NCBI RefSeq assembly: GCF_001194135.2
Contig: NC_068982.1
Coordinates: 110,925,526 to 110,989,525, forward strand
Direction: 5' to 3'
Length of the DNA: 64,000 nt
From: Octopus bimaculoides
Taxonomy: Eukaryota
Below, piece by piece: positions 1 to 13,923 of this stretch; the stretch's first letter is position 1, and each line of letters opens with the position of its first letter. Below the pieces are notes generated by a model. It worked only from the letters and a program-made list of their open reading frames with translations. It made no database searches and had not been told where the DNA came from. A program made the translations under genes and the position numbers.

Positions 1-411
1 GATTAGGAATGTATATGCGGTGAGGAAAGGGCAACATTTTTCAATGATTGGCAAGGATTTACTAACCAACACAATACAATCAGTAGCTTACAGATATTCT
101 GTTTTCTCTCTGTTTATTTTACAACAGATACTGCTTCGAATTAAGTAGCTGATTCCCATCGCTGTTTAGGAGCCACTCAACCCAGCAGTTTCTCCTCATT
201 TCTTCCCCCCTTTTGTGCTTTTCCCAACCCAGATCCAGCAGAAAACGTTTTCTCTGGCTCATCTACTCAAAGCTGAATCTATCTGGAATTTTCTTTTCGT
301 GATTTCGTCTTGCTGATGTTTCAATCAAAGTGAACACCAATGCTAACGATCTCAGCAGTCTGAGAGGGATCTACAAAGGTCAGGGGCGCTGCCCCTTCTC
401 CGCTGACTTAC

Positions 412-528
412 AAATAAAAGAGGAAATTATAAATTGAGGATGAAAGGATGCATTATCATATGGAGAAAATACACAAAAAGTAACAAACAATATATGAAGA
501 AGTTCTTGATATATTCTGCTTTAAAAAT
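412..528 (-). other. Candidate non-coding/UTR exon (117 nt)
   Basis: Minus strand: acceptor ccttcttttcatttcag| at 529-531 and donor |gtaagtc at 411. Stops in all three frames. No expression evidence. Confidence 0.3.
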
Positions 529-789
529 CTGAAATGAAAAGAAGGATTTCAATAATAATCCGTCCTGACTAAAAATGTTTAGAAAGTGACTGACATCGGA
601 TGTAACATATAGATTGTCAACTTTGAAACTTTCAGCAAAGTACATGAAAATAAAGTACAAAAGAAAAGAGATTAGTGGATTAATGGAATGATGTAATAAA
701 TTTAAATCTTTCCGCAGATCCTTGGAACTACACGATATTCAACTTCATGACGTCATGAGCCAACAAGGAAGCATCTACTTATTATGACT

Positions 790-960
790 CCGGCATGTTA
801 GAAATAGCAACCAAATCTCTTTCGCCCTACTTGAAGGAGGGGCCCTAGCAACAGTAGTGAAAGAATCGCCTTAAAAATAGAAAGGATACATTCGATTATG
901 CAGCCCTCTCCTTGTCGAAAGAAAAGGTGGGATGGTCATGGCGGGAATACAAAGATGAGA
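790..960 (+). repeat. Degenerate copy of a dispersed repeat (probable SINE/LINE 3' tail)
   Basis: gttagaaatagcaaccaaatctc...ggatggtcatggc resembles segments at about 1465-1610(-), 37016-37185(+), 45960-46150(+), 46965-47170(+) and 62085-62250(-). Confidence 0.4.
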
Positions 961-1099
961 ACACTAAAGAACAACAGTAACGACATGTTATAAACCAGAT
1001 TGTGGAGAATGTTACACAAAAACCCTGCAGTGTATTTGAACCCTTGACCTATGAGGTCCTAATTCAATCCAATATCGATTTCAGTGACCAGATCTGAAG

Positions 1100-1250
1100 C
1101 AGCCCATTTTTGTAATCAGTCTAACTGGTACTCATTTAATCAACACTACATGAAAGATAAATGGCAGAATCGACCGTGGCTAGATTTGAACCTAATGTAA
1201 TTGCTGCAAGATATATAGCTGAGCACTTTACTGCTTCTGCCGTTACGCTC
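1100..1250 (-). mobile_element. Old degenerate Meta-domain-like SINE
   Basis: ctggtactcatttaatcaac...gaaagataaatggcagaatcgaccgtggctagatttgaacc aligns by eye to the better copies at 7423 and 26134. Confidence 0.4.
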
Positions 1251-1464
1251 CACAATTTATATTGGCGTACGGGGAGGTAAGAGACGTAATCGTGAAGAGT
1301 ACAAGACTTTGCACTACTACAAAAAAAAAAAAAAAAAATTCTAAATACTTTCGCGTTGCTGGTTCTATGGATTAGCTTGTTTGGTTATCATTCCTGACAA
1401 TCAGAAGAACAATGGAGGCTAGTAATACCTTCTTTTATTCGAAGTTGTTTTACCTGGAATCAAA

Positions 1465-1610
1465 CATGGCCGCACAGACCTTTCACTAAATGCACATCTT
1501 ATTGGATAAGGTACAACAGTATACAATCTGTCCTTTTTGAGATGGTGTGGTATGAATTAAGAGAGGTTTGGTTGCTATTTTCAGCAGGTAAGTCGACTAC
1601 ATAGAGATTC
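1465..1610 (-). repeat. Degenerate copy of the same dispersed repeat as 790-960
   Basis: Reverse complement reads cctgctgaaaatagcaaccaaacctctcttaattcataccacaccatctcaaaaagga. Confidence 0.4.
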
Positions 1611-2032
1611 CCTTGTTGGCGCATTTAAATATAGTTTCTTTTTTTTTCTTTTAATGTTGGAATATATAGAAACCGTTGCAAATATCAACTCTCTCAAACG
1701 GTTATCTACAGGAAGTATAATTTATTTTATATATTTATATCTCAGTTAAGAAACTAAAATACTGCAACATCCGGTTGGCGATCATTTTAAGTCTCTTGCA
1801 TATATAAGCTCAATGCAGAATATGTAAATTAATTTCCCTGAAGTGTTAGTTGTACATACATGTTATATTATTAGTTGTGCAGCTCACTGCTGAAAGCAGA
1901 AGGAACTATGCTTAATTGACGAGTACCTCGTTAACATGGAATTCTGCACACAAGTTTTCCCATGAATATATTTTTAGGCAGAAGCGTTCGTTCTTATGTA
2001 ACGTGTCTATACATGCGCTCGCGCGATAAGAT

Positions 2033-2039
2033 GTTGTGT

Positions 2040-2085
<46 letters not shown>
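2033..2085. repeat. (GT)n microsatellite
   Basis: Direct inspection. Confidence 0.95.
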
Positions 2086-2087
<2 letters not shown>

Positions 2088-2283
2088 TGTCTATGCATGC
2101 GCGAGTACGTGTTTTAAATTGGTTTAAATCAATAGTATTCTGGCAGTGCTGGAGCACCACAGTGGGAGTAGTCTGAGTAGTTCATACAAATTACTACTTT
2201 TTGTTTCGTTTTGCTTTGTTATTTCTTCTTGAAATGTCAAGATTAGAGTAACGAAGTTGTCAAACTCTAGACCAAACACCGAC

Positions 2284-2372
2284 TAATAACAACAACAACA
2301 ACAACAACAATAACAACAACAATAATAATAATAATAATAATAATAATGATAATAATAATGATAATAATAATA
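2284..2372. repeat. Compound (AAC)n/(AAT)n microsatellite
   Basis: Direct inspection. Confidence 0.95.
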
Positions 2373-2628
2373 AAAGAAAAAGGTTCACTGAAACAGAGAA
2401 TTATGCATGCATAAACACGTGTTTCTAAAAACACTATGATTTACGGATAAATATAAACAGTTGTAGAAGGAAGAGTGGGTGAAAATGTGGCTAGTCTGGG
2501 ATCTACGCGCACATATACACATTTGCGTGTGCAGGATAAATGCAAACAGGAACTAACGGACACCATACACTCTTGATTTTAGAATGACCGGATACCATCT
2601 GGCGCGTAGAAAAATACTTGGTCGATGG

Positions 2629-2644
2629 TGACGTCAGTCACGTG
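2629..2644. promoter_or_regulatory. Abutting CRE palindrome (TGACGTCA) and E-box (GTCACGTG) in a CpG-enriched patch
   Basis: TGACGTCA at 2629-2636 is directly followed by GTCACGTG at 2637-2644. Region 2580-2760 is visibly richer in CpG than its flanks. Confidence 0.35.
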
Positions 2645-3345
2645 CGAGCAGGCATGCTCCTCGATTGATCTTAGCGGTCGGTAGCTGGTTGACACGCATG
2701 TTTTTATGCGTGATATGATGACAGTGGAGTTGAAGATTTTTACTGTTTGATGGCGTTTTCGAGTGTTTGTCAGAGCACTTGAGAAGGCTGTTCAGTCTAA
2801 GTATTTGTCAAATAACGAGAAAAAGCAAGTGTGTATGCATAAAAGACGAGTTGACAGAAGGCGGTGTTATTTTTATGTTAAAACGAAGGTGTGGGCTATT
2901 CTCGACTATTCACAACAGCAGCGAGAGTTGACGAGAGTTAATTTCCTGGAATCAGGGCAACCTTTTCTCTCTCGAACTATCTATCAAACTATCTCGTTAT
3001 GTATCTATCTATCAACATTTTATTGTTTGACATTTAAGATAAAGACAGGAATACATTTCCATTGATAATGATTAGTGTTTCAGACAAATTGTGCTTAATA
3101 AGTTGGAATGGTCTTAGGTGTTGAAATAGTTGCTATGAACATAAAATAACACAAAATGAACATCATCATCATCACCATTATTATGGTTACTATTGTTGTT
3201 GTTTCAGTCGTCTTAAATTTAAGACTTCTTGCCTTGAGTGGATGTAGTCTTTTGTTACATTTTTGTGGTTTCGGTTGTATGGAATTGTATTGAAATAAGC
3301 ATTATTACTATTATTTGATATTGATTATTATTATTATTATTATTG

Positions 3346-3558
3346 TTCAGTAGTTTTATTTTTGTAACGTGCTTTCACTTCACTACTGAGCGCAGCTCTG
3401 TGCGCCTTGGGTATGTGCTGTGGTTTGCTGTGATGCTCTTATGGTTACTGTATTGAAAGTGTTTTGCGTAGAATGTGTGCAGTACCCAGTAGTGCAATTT
3501 TCTGTATATTATATATATTTGTAAGTCCTGGTGTTTTTGTTATGTATTTGTCTGAATA
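3346..3558 (-). mobile_element. 5'-truncated R4/Dong-type non-LTR retrotransposon (ORF C-terminus plus 3' UTR)
   Basis: Encodes YSDKYITKTPGLTNIYNIQKIALLGTAHILRKTLSIQ*. About 96% identical (7-8 differences in about 210 nt, counted by eye) to the REL-bearing copy at 58720-59141. (AAT)n on both sides of the sense strand. Confidence 0.9.
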
Positions 3559-3611
3559 AAAAAAAAAAAATTTTAAATATTCAGACAAATACATAACAAA
3601 AACACCAGGAC

Positions 3612-3636
3612 TTATTATTATTATTATTATTATTAC

Positions 3637-3688
<52 letters not shown>
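3612..3688. repeat. (TTA)n microsatellite running into an N gap
   Basis: Direct inspection. Confidence 0.95.
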
Positions 3689-4264
3689 NNNNNNNNNNNN
3701 NNNNNNNNNNNNNNNNNNNNNNNNNNNNNNNNNNNNNNNNNNNNNNNNNNNNNNNNTGTCATCATCATCATCATCATCATCATCATCACTATTGCTGTTA
3801 CTACTGCAGATGTTATTCTTGTTGCTGTTTTCGCTAGTTTCACAGTAGTATTTTTCTGCACTACCAGGTGCATAGCTGTTTTCCTGAAGTGTGTGTGCCC
3901 TATCGACATTTGGAAGAGTGGGAAGGTGTTTGGCATGTTATATCTAATTTTCTGCTTTATGTTATTCATTGTGACATTTTAGTATTTCGTATTTTTATTG
4001 TGAATTTTGTTTTTAGTGGCGTTGAAAAATGACTGTAGAATGTGTGTTAAATTGTGTTATTTTATTGGGTGGTGGCTTTACTGCGTATGTGGTGTGTAAG
4101 TCGTGTTATAGTATTGGAAGATGAATGTACAGGGTGAATTGTACTATTAATTGAATTGAATATGTGTTGCGTTTAAAGTGCAACTATGTATTTAAGTGTT
4201 ATATTTTAACCCATGTGTTAAATTGTGAACTCTGGCATGATTTGTTTTATGAGTCTGTTCCTAT

Positions 4265-4560
4265 TTTTTCATATGGTGTCCCTAGCACGATTGATACTAT
4301 TCTACTTTCGTACTTCACATATTGGTTATTTCCACTTTCATTTATTCTCCGATAGTTTTTCGACTTCTCGTACATCATTTTCGTTTTAGGTGTTCGCAAT
4401 GTTTATCAAGATATTCATATTTTCATTCATGTCTTTGATGATAACCTCTACAATGTCGCTTTGATAGACTTGTCAGTCTGGATAGGTATGTTCTTGATTA
4501 TCATCGTCATATTATTGTCACATTGTGGTGCATGCTCACACTACTTATTCATGTCGAAGT
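4265..4560 (-). mobile_element. Old frameshifted R4/Dong REL-domain fragment
   Basis: Across frames: K*CEHAP..IPIQTDKSIKA / VIIKDMNEN..LINIA..REVEKLS / VEITNM* / IVSIVLG. Colinear with the REL region of the 58.8-kb and 25.6-kb copies. Confidence 0.55.
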
Positions 4561-5086
4561 ATTAGAATCTTGAATTTTGTACAATGCACATCACTACCAA
4601 CTGGTCAAGTATGTGCAGCTAAAATATGACCATCCATCTGAAGTTTTAGGCCAGAGCTTTTGAGAAATGATAGATTTCACACTGGTTCACTTGCACTCGA
4701 TCGAACCTTATCGGATATTGAGCAGGTTAAGATTTTGTCACTTTTTTCTTTCTTATCTTTAGAAATTCGCTTTGAATTTCGTATCTTTATTCTTTTATTC
4801 TTCCTATTGTTTTATCCTTATCTATAACATTTTCTTCAGTGCAATAAGCCTGTAGTTTGTACGATAGTGCTTCCTTATATAAAGCGAAAAGATTTCGTTT
4901 TCTTCAAATCTCCCTAATCAGTCTCCTGTTGATTGCTTCATTACATATATTATGTATGTATGTATGTATGTATGCATGCATGCATACATACGTACATGCA
5001 TGCATGCTTATATATATATANNNNNNNNNNNNNNNNNNNNNNNNNNNNNNNNNNNNNNNNNNNNNNNNNNNNNNNNGGGGCTTATA

Positions 5087-5476
5087 GGCGCAGGCGTGGC
5101 TTGTGGTAAGAAGTTTGCTTGCCAACCATATGCTTCCGGCTTGGCCCCACTACGTGGCACCTTGGGAAAATTGTCTTCTACTATAGATTCGGGTCGACCA
5201 AACCGTCGTATATATATCTATATCAATATATATGTCTATGAGTGTGTGTGCCTTTGTTTCAGTGTTTGTCCCCCACTACCGCATGAGAACTACTGTCGGT
5301 GTGACTAACTCCCCGTAACTTAGCGGTTCTCTAAGAGAGGAACCGATAGAATAAGTACCAGGCTTAAAAATTAAAAATAAGTACTGGGGTCAATCCATCC
5401 GACTAAAAATTCTTCAAGGCAGTGCCTCAGCATGGCCGCAGTCTAATGACTGAAACTAGTAAAAGATAAAAGATAA
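5087..5476 (+). mobile_element. tRNA-derived CORE-like SINE with microsatellite mid-section and (AAAAGAT) tail
   Basis: Head ggcgcaggcgtggcttgtggtaag and CORE-like ggcaccttgggaaaattgtcttctactatag. The 3' half matches copies at 53025-53240(-) and 63781-63985(-). Confidence 0.85.
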
Positions 5477-5491
5477 TAAATATATATATAT

Positions 5492-5838
5492 ATATTTTAA
5501 GTATATAATTATAAAAATATAATCATGATTGAGGGCGCTGGAAGGCCGACGCCAATACGCTACAAATATCTACAAAATATCTACAAGCCATTCTAAATTT
5601 GTTCTCTATTTTATTATAACTCAACGCTGAATGCAAGGGAATGGGCAAAATTTTAGGGTTATCCAAAATTTTCTAAATCTTCTTACCCATTCCTTCGCAT
5701 TCAGTCTTGAGTTATAATAAAATAGAAAACAAATTTAGAGTGGTTTGTAGACATTTGACTTCTACTTCTAGTGTAGTGGCGTTGGCCTTCTAGCGCCCTT
5801 AATTATAATTATATTTTTATAGTTCTATACTTAAATAT
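5492..5838. mobile_element. Fold-back palindromic element (MITE-like)
   Basis: Arms of about 165 bp (…gagggcgctggaaggccgacgcca… / …tggcgttggccttctagcgccctt…) pair at roughly 85%, with a tiny loop near 5660. Confidence 0.75.
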
Positions 5839-7422
5839 TAATTTTACCGATATGATGGGCTTTTTTTATAGGCAAGCCACTAATATAATCATTTAATGAT
5901 TACATCAGACAGCTAGAAACATTGTGATTGTCTCTGTCTTCCCTACCTTCAAATCGTCAGTATCTTCTGAAATTACATATTGTATTCTGCTTCGCTATTA
6001 TATATATTTGGTAGTTTCTTGTGTGTTAACGCTTTGGTTTTGTGTTGCAAAGAAAAAAACCTGGCTTCAGCTTTGAGTTCCTATGCTACCCCAATTCTGG
6101 CTTTTTTTTTTTGTGATATTTGCTTTATTGTTTCTGCTGTTGTATGTTTTTCCTGTTTGTTGCGTAGAATATTTAGTATCTAATATTTTAGTGGGTGGTG
6201 ATGTTTATTTTAGCATGTTTTTTGTTTTGTTACTTGCTGGCTATGGAGAAAAGAGCAGTGTCAAATGCCTTTGCAAGCTCTCTTTGGCTGGTGAGATTGA
6301 TGTCCTAATGTGCCACGTAAGCTATTGCAAGGCGACATCCGAAGGAAAGACACGAACAGAGTTTGGGATTCCAAAGAGCCGATGTTCTGAGGAGGAAAGA
6401 CAAGGCCGAGTAGTTTGAGCAGAGCGCAATGGGGGTGGGAATTGAGCATAGAAAAAGGGAAATGAAAAAAGAAATGAAGAGTGTGTCAGGAATACCAGAG
6501 TAGAGGAGATACGAGATTAGAAAAATCCAAGGAACAGAAGCCATTATAATAGCGTTAGAAAAACAGAGAGAGGGGGGAGAGATAGAGGGAGAGAGTGGGG
6601 AGAGAGAAAGAGAGAAGACAGCACACTTGTGGGCCTGTGAGTGATTTTATACCAATCAGAAGAGTGGCCTTTCTCTAGATAACGTCTAAGATGTCTGTGG
6701 GTGCAGCAGCAGCTGCAACAGTTGCAGCAGTAGCGGCAGCAGCATCCCAGCTGTAACAGTAATGCTCAATTCTGGGTCTCATTGAAATTTTGTGGTGCAT
6801 GAGTTGAGTTATATACGCTTTAATGTCAAATAGTTATAATGTGGAGTGTATTACATTGTAAAGGTTGTGTTACGTTATTGGGTGACAGTTATGCGAGCTG
6901 TTGGTTGTGTGTGCAACGAGGTATCGTTGTCAGTTATGTAAGAGTATGTCTTGTGTTATATGTATATTTGTAGAGTTGATGATGTTTGAATTACGTTACT
7001 TTATTGGGAGATAAGTGTATAAGATATGAGATGTTTATGTTGAGCATAAAGAGTATTGCGTGATTTCGGCTATTAAATAAAATGTGCCTTGAGTAGGATG
7101 TCCGCTATGCCTCTATATTCGTACCAACAAGCAGCAAAACCTGGAAACTAAAGTAGCATGCAATGACGTTATCATAATAACACTGCTGTTGCTGTTGTTG
7201 TTGTCCATGACGATGATGATGATAATGATAATGATTTCTTTTGTTGACCACAAGAGCCAAGACATTGAAGACAAAACATACTGACGAAATACAATACATA
7301 AATAAGTGGGATTTACGATCAAAAGGAAGCCAAAGATAACTAAAGATATAACAAAAGATATTCAGATATAATTTCAACATGAATTTCAACAAGAAAAAAC
7401 TTCTCAACAAGAAAAGCTTCTC

Positions 7423-7659
7423 CGGTGGCGAGCTGGCAGAGACGTTAGCGTGCCGGGCGAAATGTTTAGCGGTATTTCGTCTGCCGGTATTTCGTCGTTC
7501 TGAGCTCAAATTCCGCCGAGGTCGACTTTGCCTTTCATCCTTTCGAGGTCGATTAAATAAGTACCAGGTACGCACTGGGGTCGATATAATCGACTTAATC
7601 CGTTTGTCTGTCCTTGTTTGTTCCCTCTGTGTGTAGTCCTTTGTGGGCAGTAAAGAAAT
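7423..7659 (+). mobile_element. Full-length Meta-domain-like tRNA SINE with 14-bp TSD
   Basis: B-box-like gagctcaaattcc and central gactttgcctttcatcctttcgaggtcgattaaataagtaccag. AAGAAAAGCTTCTC at 7409-7422 and 7660-7673. Confidence 0.9.
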
Positions 7660-7826
7660 AAGAAAAGCTTCTCAATAGTGGGGCAGCTCATCTAGAAAAA
7701 TTCTGGAAGAAAAAGAAAACCCACAGAAAAAGCCTGGATTATTCTGCCATCTCCAAAGCACCAAAATGTATCTTCTCGTTTCCTTTTACTAAGAAAAATA
7801 TTCAAGGCAAGCCTGTTCAATCTCAC

Positions 7827-8018
7827 CTGGCTACTCCCATCCACCTTTCGATAACCATCCACAGGCGATAAAACAGCATATCCTAATTATGCTATTATAC
7901 TTAAATGGAGCCACAGTCCTATTTGTTCGTGCTACAAAACAAAGGCTAAATAAGTTATTGTCATTCTGGAAGGCTTTCTCATTTCTTTTATAACTATTAA
8001 ATTTTAGAAAGCAACAGC
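7827..8018 (-). other. Candidate non-coding/UTR exon (192 nt)
   Basis: Acceptor tttcttttatctagttgcag| at 8019-8021 and donor ccag|gtgag at 7826. Stops in all frames. Confidence 0.3.
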
Positions 8019-11000
8019 CTGCAACTAGATAAAAGAAATTATTTGCTAAGACCTTTTTTAGAATTATACACTTCACAACGTTATTTCTCAACCTTTTATT
8101 CTACCATTCCCTAGTTTGCCTTTGTTTTCCCCCATTTAATCATGAGCGACAGGCCTAAAACGTCCCCAGTTTAATCCCAGTATTTCGTTCTTGGATACTT
8201 ATGAGGGAGCTCTGAGAATGCAAACCAACTCAGAAGTTCGCCTTCTCATCGGAGATATTTCTGCATACATTGATTAATGTCACCAATCTGTAAAGGGAGT
8301 TATTTAAAGTCCGTGGGCAATGACCGTTTCACTCTGACTAATGTATTGTAAATATTGCTTCCGAATTCCAAGGTGTGGTCGTTTATGTTTTTAGACAAAC
8401 CAGTAAAATTAGTAGTAGTTTAAGCTTTCCCCAGAATTATTTCTAGTTATCTATTCCAAAATTATTTCCACAAGTAGACAACATGATACTTCGACGACAG
8501 CCACTTACTTCACTTAACAATTTCTAGTTGTTTATACCAAAAATATTTCCACAAGCCATGGACTTAATACTTCAAACAAAATGATCGAAAAAAATCTTGA
8601 TAGGTTACAGTATTACTTTTCAGACTATGAAGATTTTCAATTTATCATCACATTTCATTCGTTTCGAACATGATATTAAATTTATTGAACATATTTCTGA
8701 TATATACAAGTTTAATCTGTTTAAATTCACTTATCTTTGCTGACATATCATCTCTGTAACTATAATATCTAATCTTACTGAGAATTTCATCACTGTTGAG
8801 ATTTTACATCGAAGAAGTCTTCAACACATATACGAAATATTTCCAACGAAAGTCAATATTAATTTGAGTTTACTTCGACTGATCCCTTCCATTAATAGGA
8901 TTTTTAATTGTCTAATGCTAACAATACAAGCCAAACAAAAAAGTCAGGAACCTTTCTGGATCCTGGAGAATATTTCGAATGAAAACAATTGCTCGTGAAA
9001 AAAGAAATTTCCAATTGGTAATGGAATTGTAAAGGCTAAACGAAAATAAAAAGTAGAAGCAAAAGAATTCGGAAAAATAGGCATTTATAAAAGAAAGCAG
9101 GAAATTTGAGGATTCCAGGCTGGCGAAACATTCAATAGTCTCTTACTCATCACACACACATATAGTAACATAAAAGCATTAACATGGGTACACACAATCA
9201 GGCACATCGGCATACAGAGTAATAATAATAATAATAACACTCTCACTAACCGACGCATTAAGAGTAGTAAAAGTGAGCAACATAGCCAGAGCATGGGGAA
9301 AAAATGAAGCAGCCTAAAACTCGGATGGTGGCTTCAACAAAAAATACGGAATTTCAGAAAATATAAATTAGAAAGGAACAAACTTGAAAAAAGTCAATGA
9401 GTAAAAAGTAAATAGTGAGAACAAGAAAGAAATAAAAAAAAAATCGAAAAAAATTGTTATTACTATACAAACAGATAAAAAAAATTAGATTGCATTGACG
9501 AAAATATACTTGAGGAAGCTACAGGATGTAAATCGATAAGGCAAAAAGTTCAGTGCAAGAATTATATGACTTTGATAAAAAATGAACGAAAAAGCAGAAG
9601 TAGAAGAAAAACAAGGAAGAAAAGAAACATGATGGGAGACAGTAGAAGAAATTAAATAAAAAATAAATGAATACGTAAATAAAAAAGAACAATAATAACA
9701 ACAACAACGTAATATCAATCAGAAAAATTGCAATCAAATAACAAAGTTATAAACATGGAAAACAATAACAATAAGTGACTTAGAACCACCCGTCAATTTT
9801 CTTTTTCTTACACATGGAAAATAATGTCACAAGAATTAAGAAATAGAGAAAGAGAGAGAAAGAGAGAGAGAGAGAGAGATAGAGAGGGAGGGAGAGAGAA
9901 GGTAAAAAATGGAGTCCAAAAGTGATTTTCCCGCCCATTTTTCTGCTTTCTTTTGCCATCAACCACCTTCCTCTTCTCGCTACTCAACCATATTGTTAAT
10001 TCTCCAGAGGCAACCATTGTTGATCGAAACTGGAAACGATTATTTCGGTGATGGGTTGGCTGCAGGCATGTGAGGAGTCAGGAGTAGTATAATGAATGAA
10101 AGAAGAATAAAAAAAATAAACAATAAATCGTAAAAACTGTCGAAAGGGTAAGTTTTATATATATATATATACATACATACATACATACATATATATATAT
10201 ATCTATATATATCTATATANNNNNNNNNNNNNNNNNNNNNNNNNNNNNNNNNNNNNNNNNNNNNNNNNNNNNNNNNNNNNNNNNNNNNNNNNNNNNNNNN
10301 NNNNNNNNNNNNNNNNNNNNNNNNNNNNNNNNNNNNNNNNNNNNNNNNNNNNNNNNNNNNNNNNNNNNNNNNNNNNNNNNNNNNNNNNNNTACATGTATA
10401 TATACATACATGTATATATATATATACACACACATATACATAAGTACATACACACATCACATACACATACATTAGATATACATATATATAGATGTTTGAT
10501 TGCATGTATTTGTGTATATACTACATAAAAGAGATGGGGAGTGGAAATGAAAACTGGAGGAAACAGGAGATGGGAGGAAAGAAACGACCAAGTGTAAAAG
10601 GAAAGCAGAGAATCAAAGAAAAGAAAAAAGAAAGGCACAAAGAAGAGGGTTGGTTCATGTGCGCAGGCGCGTCTAAATACAATGAAATATGTTTGTACAA
10701 TAGGAACAATAAGATATTGCAGCCGAAACAAAATAAATAAATAAAAAGAGCAATATAAAGAATTTTACTATTTTTTATGTGATCATTTCATCCGATTTTT
10801 CTCTTTTCGCTTCTAAGTTTTGTGAATTATCAACGCAGTTATAAAACGAGTGAGTGGTTGGTTATCTTTGTCTATTGAAACTTCCGTGAAGGTCACTGAT
10901 CGGGAAGTATAACTTGATGAAATATTTATAGAAGGCATCACTTAATGAATTCTTTTGAAGTGACCCAATTAGCAAATGACAAATTATGGGCGAAGGCAGA

Positions 11001-11352
11001 ATTCGCTGGGGCAGTGGTAGAATGTGAAAAAAAAAAAACACGTCAGATAAAAAAAAGTAAAAAGTGGTTCTCAAAAAATAACAAAACAAAACAAAACAAC
11101 AATCTTATATGATGTCAATGAACACAGAAGCGAAAACTAAAAAATAAAAACAAAACAATGCCCTTATGCTTATATGTATTTACTTATTCACAGAAATGTA
11201 CCCTTCAGGTTATGTTGAATGTATTTATCAATAACAACGTAAGAATTTAAAGTAATCAAATTTACCAATGTATAAAGGGGGCCTGGCATTGAAAAAAAAT
11301 ATATATAAAAAGGAAATGATTGTTTTATGGCACAATTGCTGGAAGATAGATA

Positions 11353-11353
11353 A

Positions 11354-11417
<64 letters not shown>
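11353..11417. repeat. (AAT)n microsatellite
   Basis: Direct inspection. Confidence 0.95.
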
Positions 11418-12691
11418 GGATGCGAAAGTACTTACTTTTCATCACAGTACCCTTGTGTGCAATTTGCAGCTTTGAACACCTAAAATATTTGCGAAGGTGA
11501 AAAGAAGCGGTGAGAGAAAAACGTAACAGTATTTAATGTTAGAGGAGACTTTAGGTAATGAAAATCATTTTATGCTGAAGAAATTATTGTGAAAGGACTT
11601 GCTATAGAACTTTATAAGTGATAATTTCGCTCGCAACCATGTAATACTGTTTACAAATCAAAGGTTCACTCATCTGGTAATGGTAAATCGACCAGACATT
11701 GATGACGTCTCATTTTACTACCACTCCAGTTCATTATACTGAGGTTAACGAATGGTATTTCTATTAATCATGCACATCAATTAGAATTAGTACTATAGTA
11801 ACTCCTTTTTATCGCGCACAAGGCTAAGCTGCACAGAGAAAAGATACAGCATACTGAATTGGACGCCATATATTACTGGTATAGATACTGTCGGAAGAAT
11901 GAATTTCACAGGCGAATTAGGACAAGATTCCACTTAAGCATTAGTTAAACATTAAGAAAAGTGAATTAGTTCTTTGTAATGTACGGTACTAATGAACCAG
12001 CGGTAACTTGAAGCTACACTTAGTCTAGTACGCTACTATTTCGACCAAATTTCTGCCTTAGTTCACTAGAGACTTCATTAATTAAGCAAACATAAGTATT
12101 TGGAATCATACTGTCAAAACTTTCGTTGATTAAAGCTACTAAATTCCCGATAGTAATCGGTGATTTGATTTGAAAAGAAAATATATAGGATTAAGAATAC
12201 GTTGAGAAAATACCTACTCACCTTAAGTTGAATTTACCAATATTAGCCATTTATCGAATAATGCGCATGATATCCGCATGAACAGAATTCAAACATAAAG
12301 TACTCTGTGTGTGATGTGTAAAGGGTATAACGATATTTTGTCATTTTTGTTGTTTACTTTGATCAGCTCTAAAAGTGCACACCTATGGTCGAAGGCGTTC
12401 CAGACTTCACAATTCAGTCATATCCTCTACCACAATAAATGCAATAACAGCAACATAAATATGTGGACGAACCAGCGAAAGAGAGAGTATACTTGGTACA
12501 TCGATCTATTAGAAATAACAATCTACCATCTTGAAAAAAATTACATATATGACAGTAATACACACACACACACACACCCATACTTATACATACGTACGTA
12601 CATACATATATATTTACATACATGCATACATACATACATACATACACACACATACATACACACATACATACATACATACATACATACATAC

Positions 12692-13923
<1,232 letters not shown>

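Noticed and set aside
1575-1593. Plus-strand ttttcagcag|GTAAGT, resembling a perfect ratchet site
   Set aside because: It lies inside a degenerate dispersed-repeat copy and has no supporting exon context.
6255-6310. ELAKAFDT peptide on the minus strand resembling an RT motif
   Set aside because: Isolated; no flanking RT motifs in any frame.
8210-8280. LLIGDISAYID resembling the APE endonuclease GDFNAH motif
   Set aside because: Too short and degenerate to call without a profile search.
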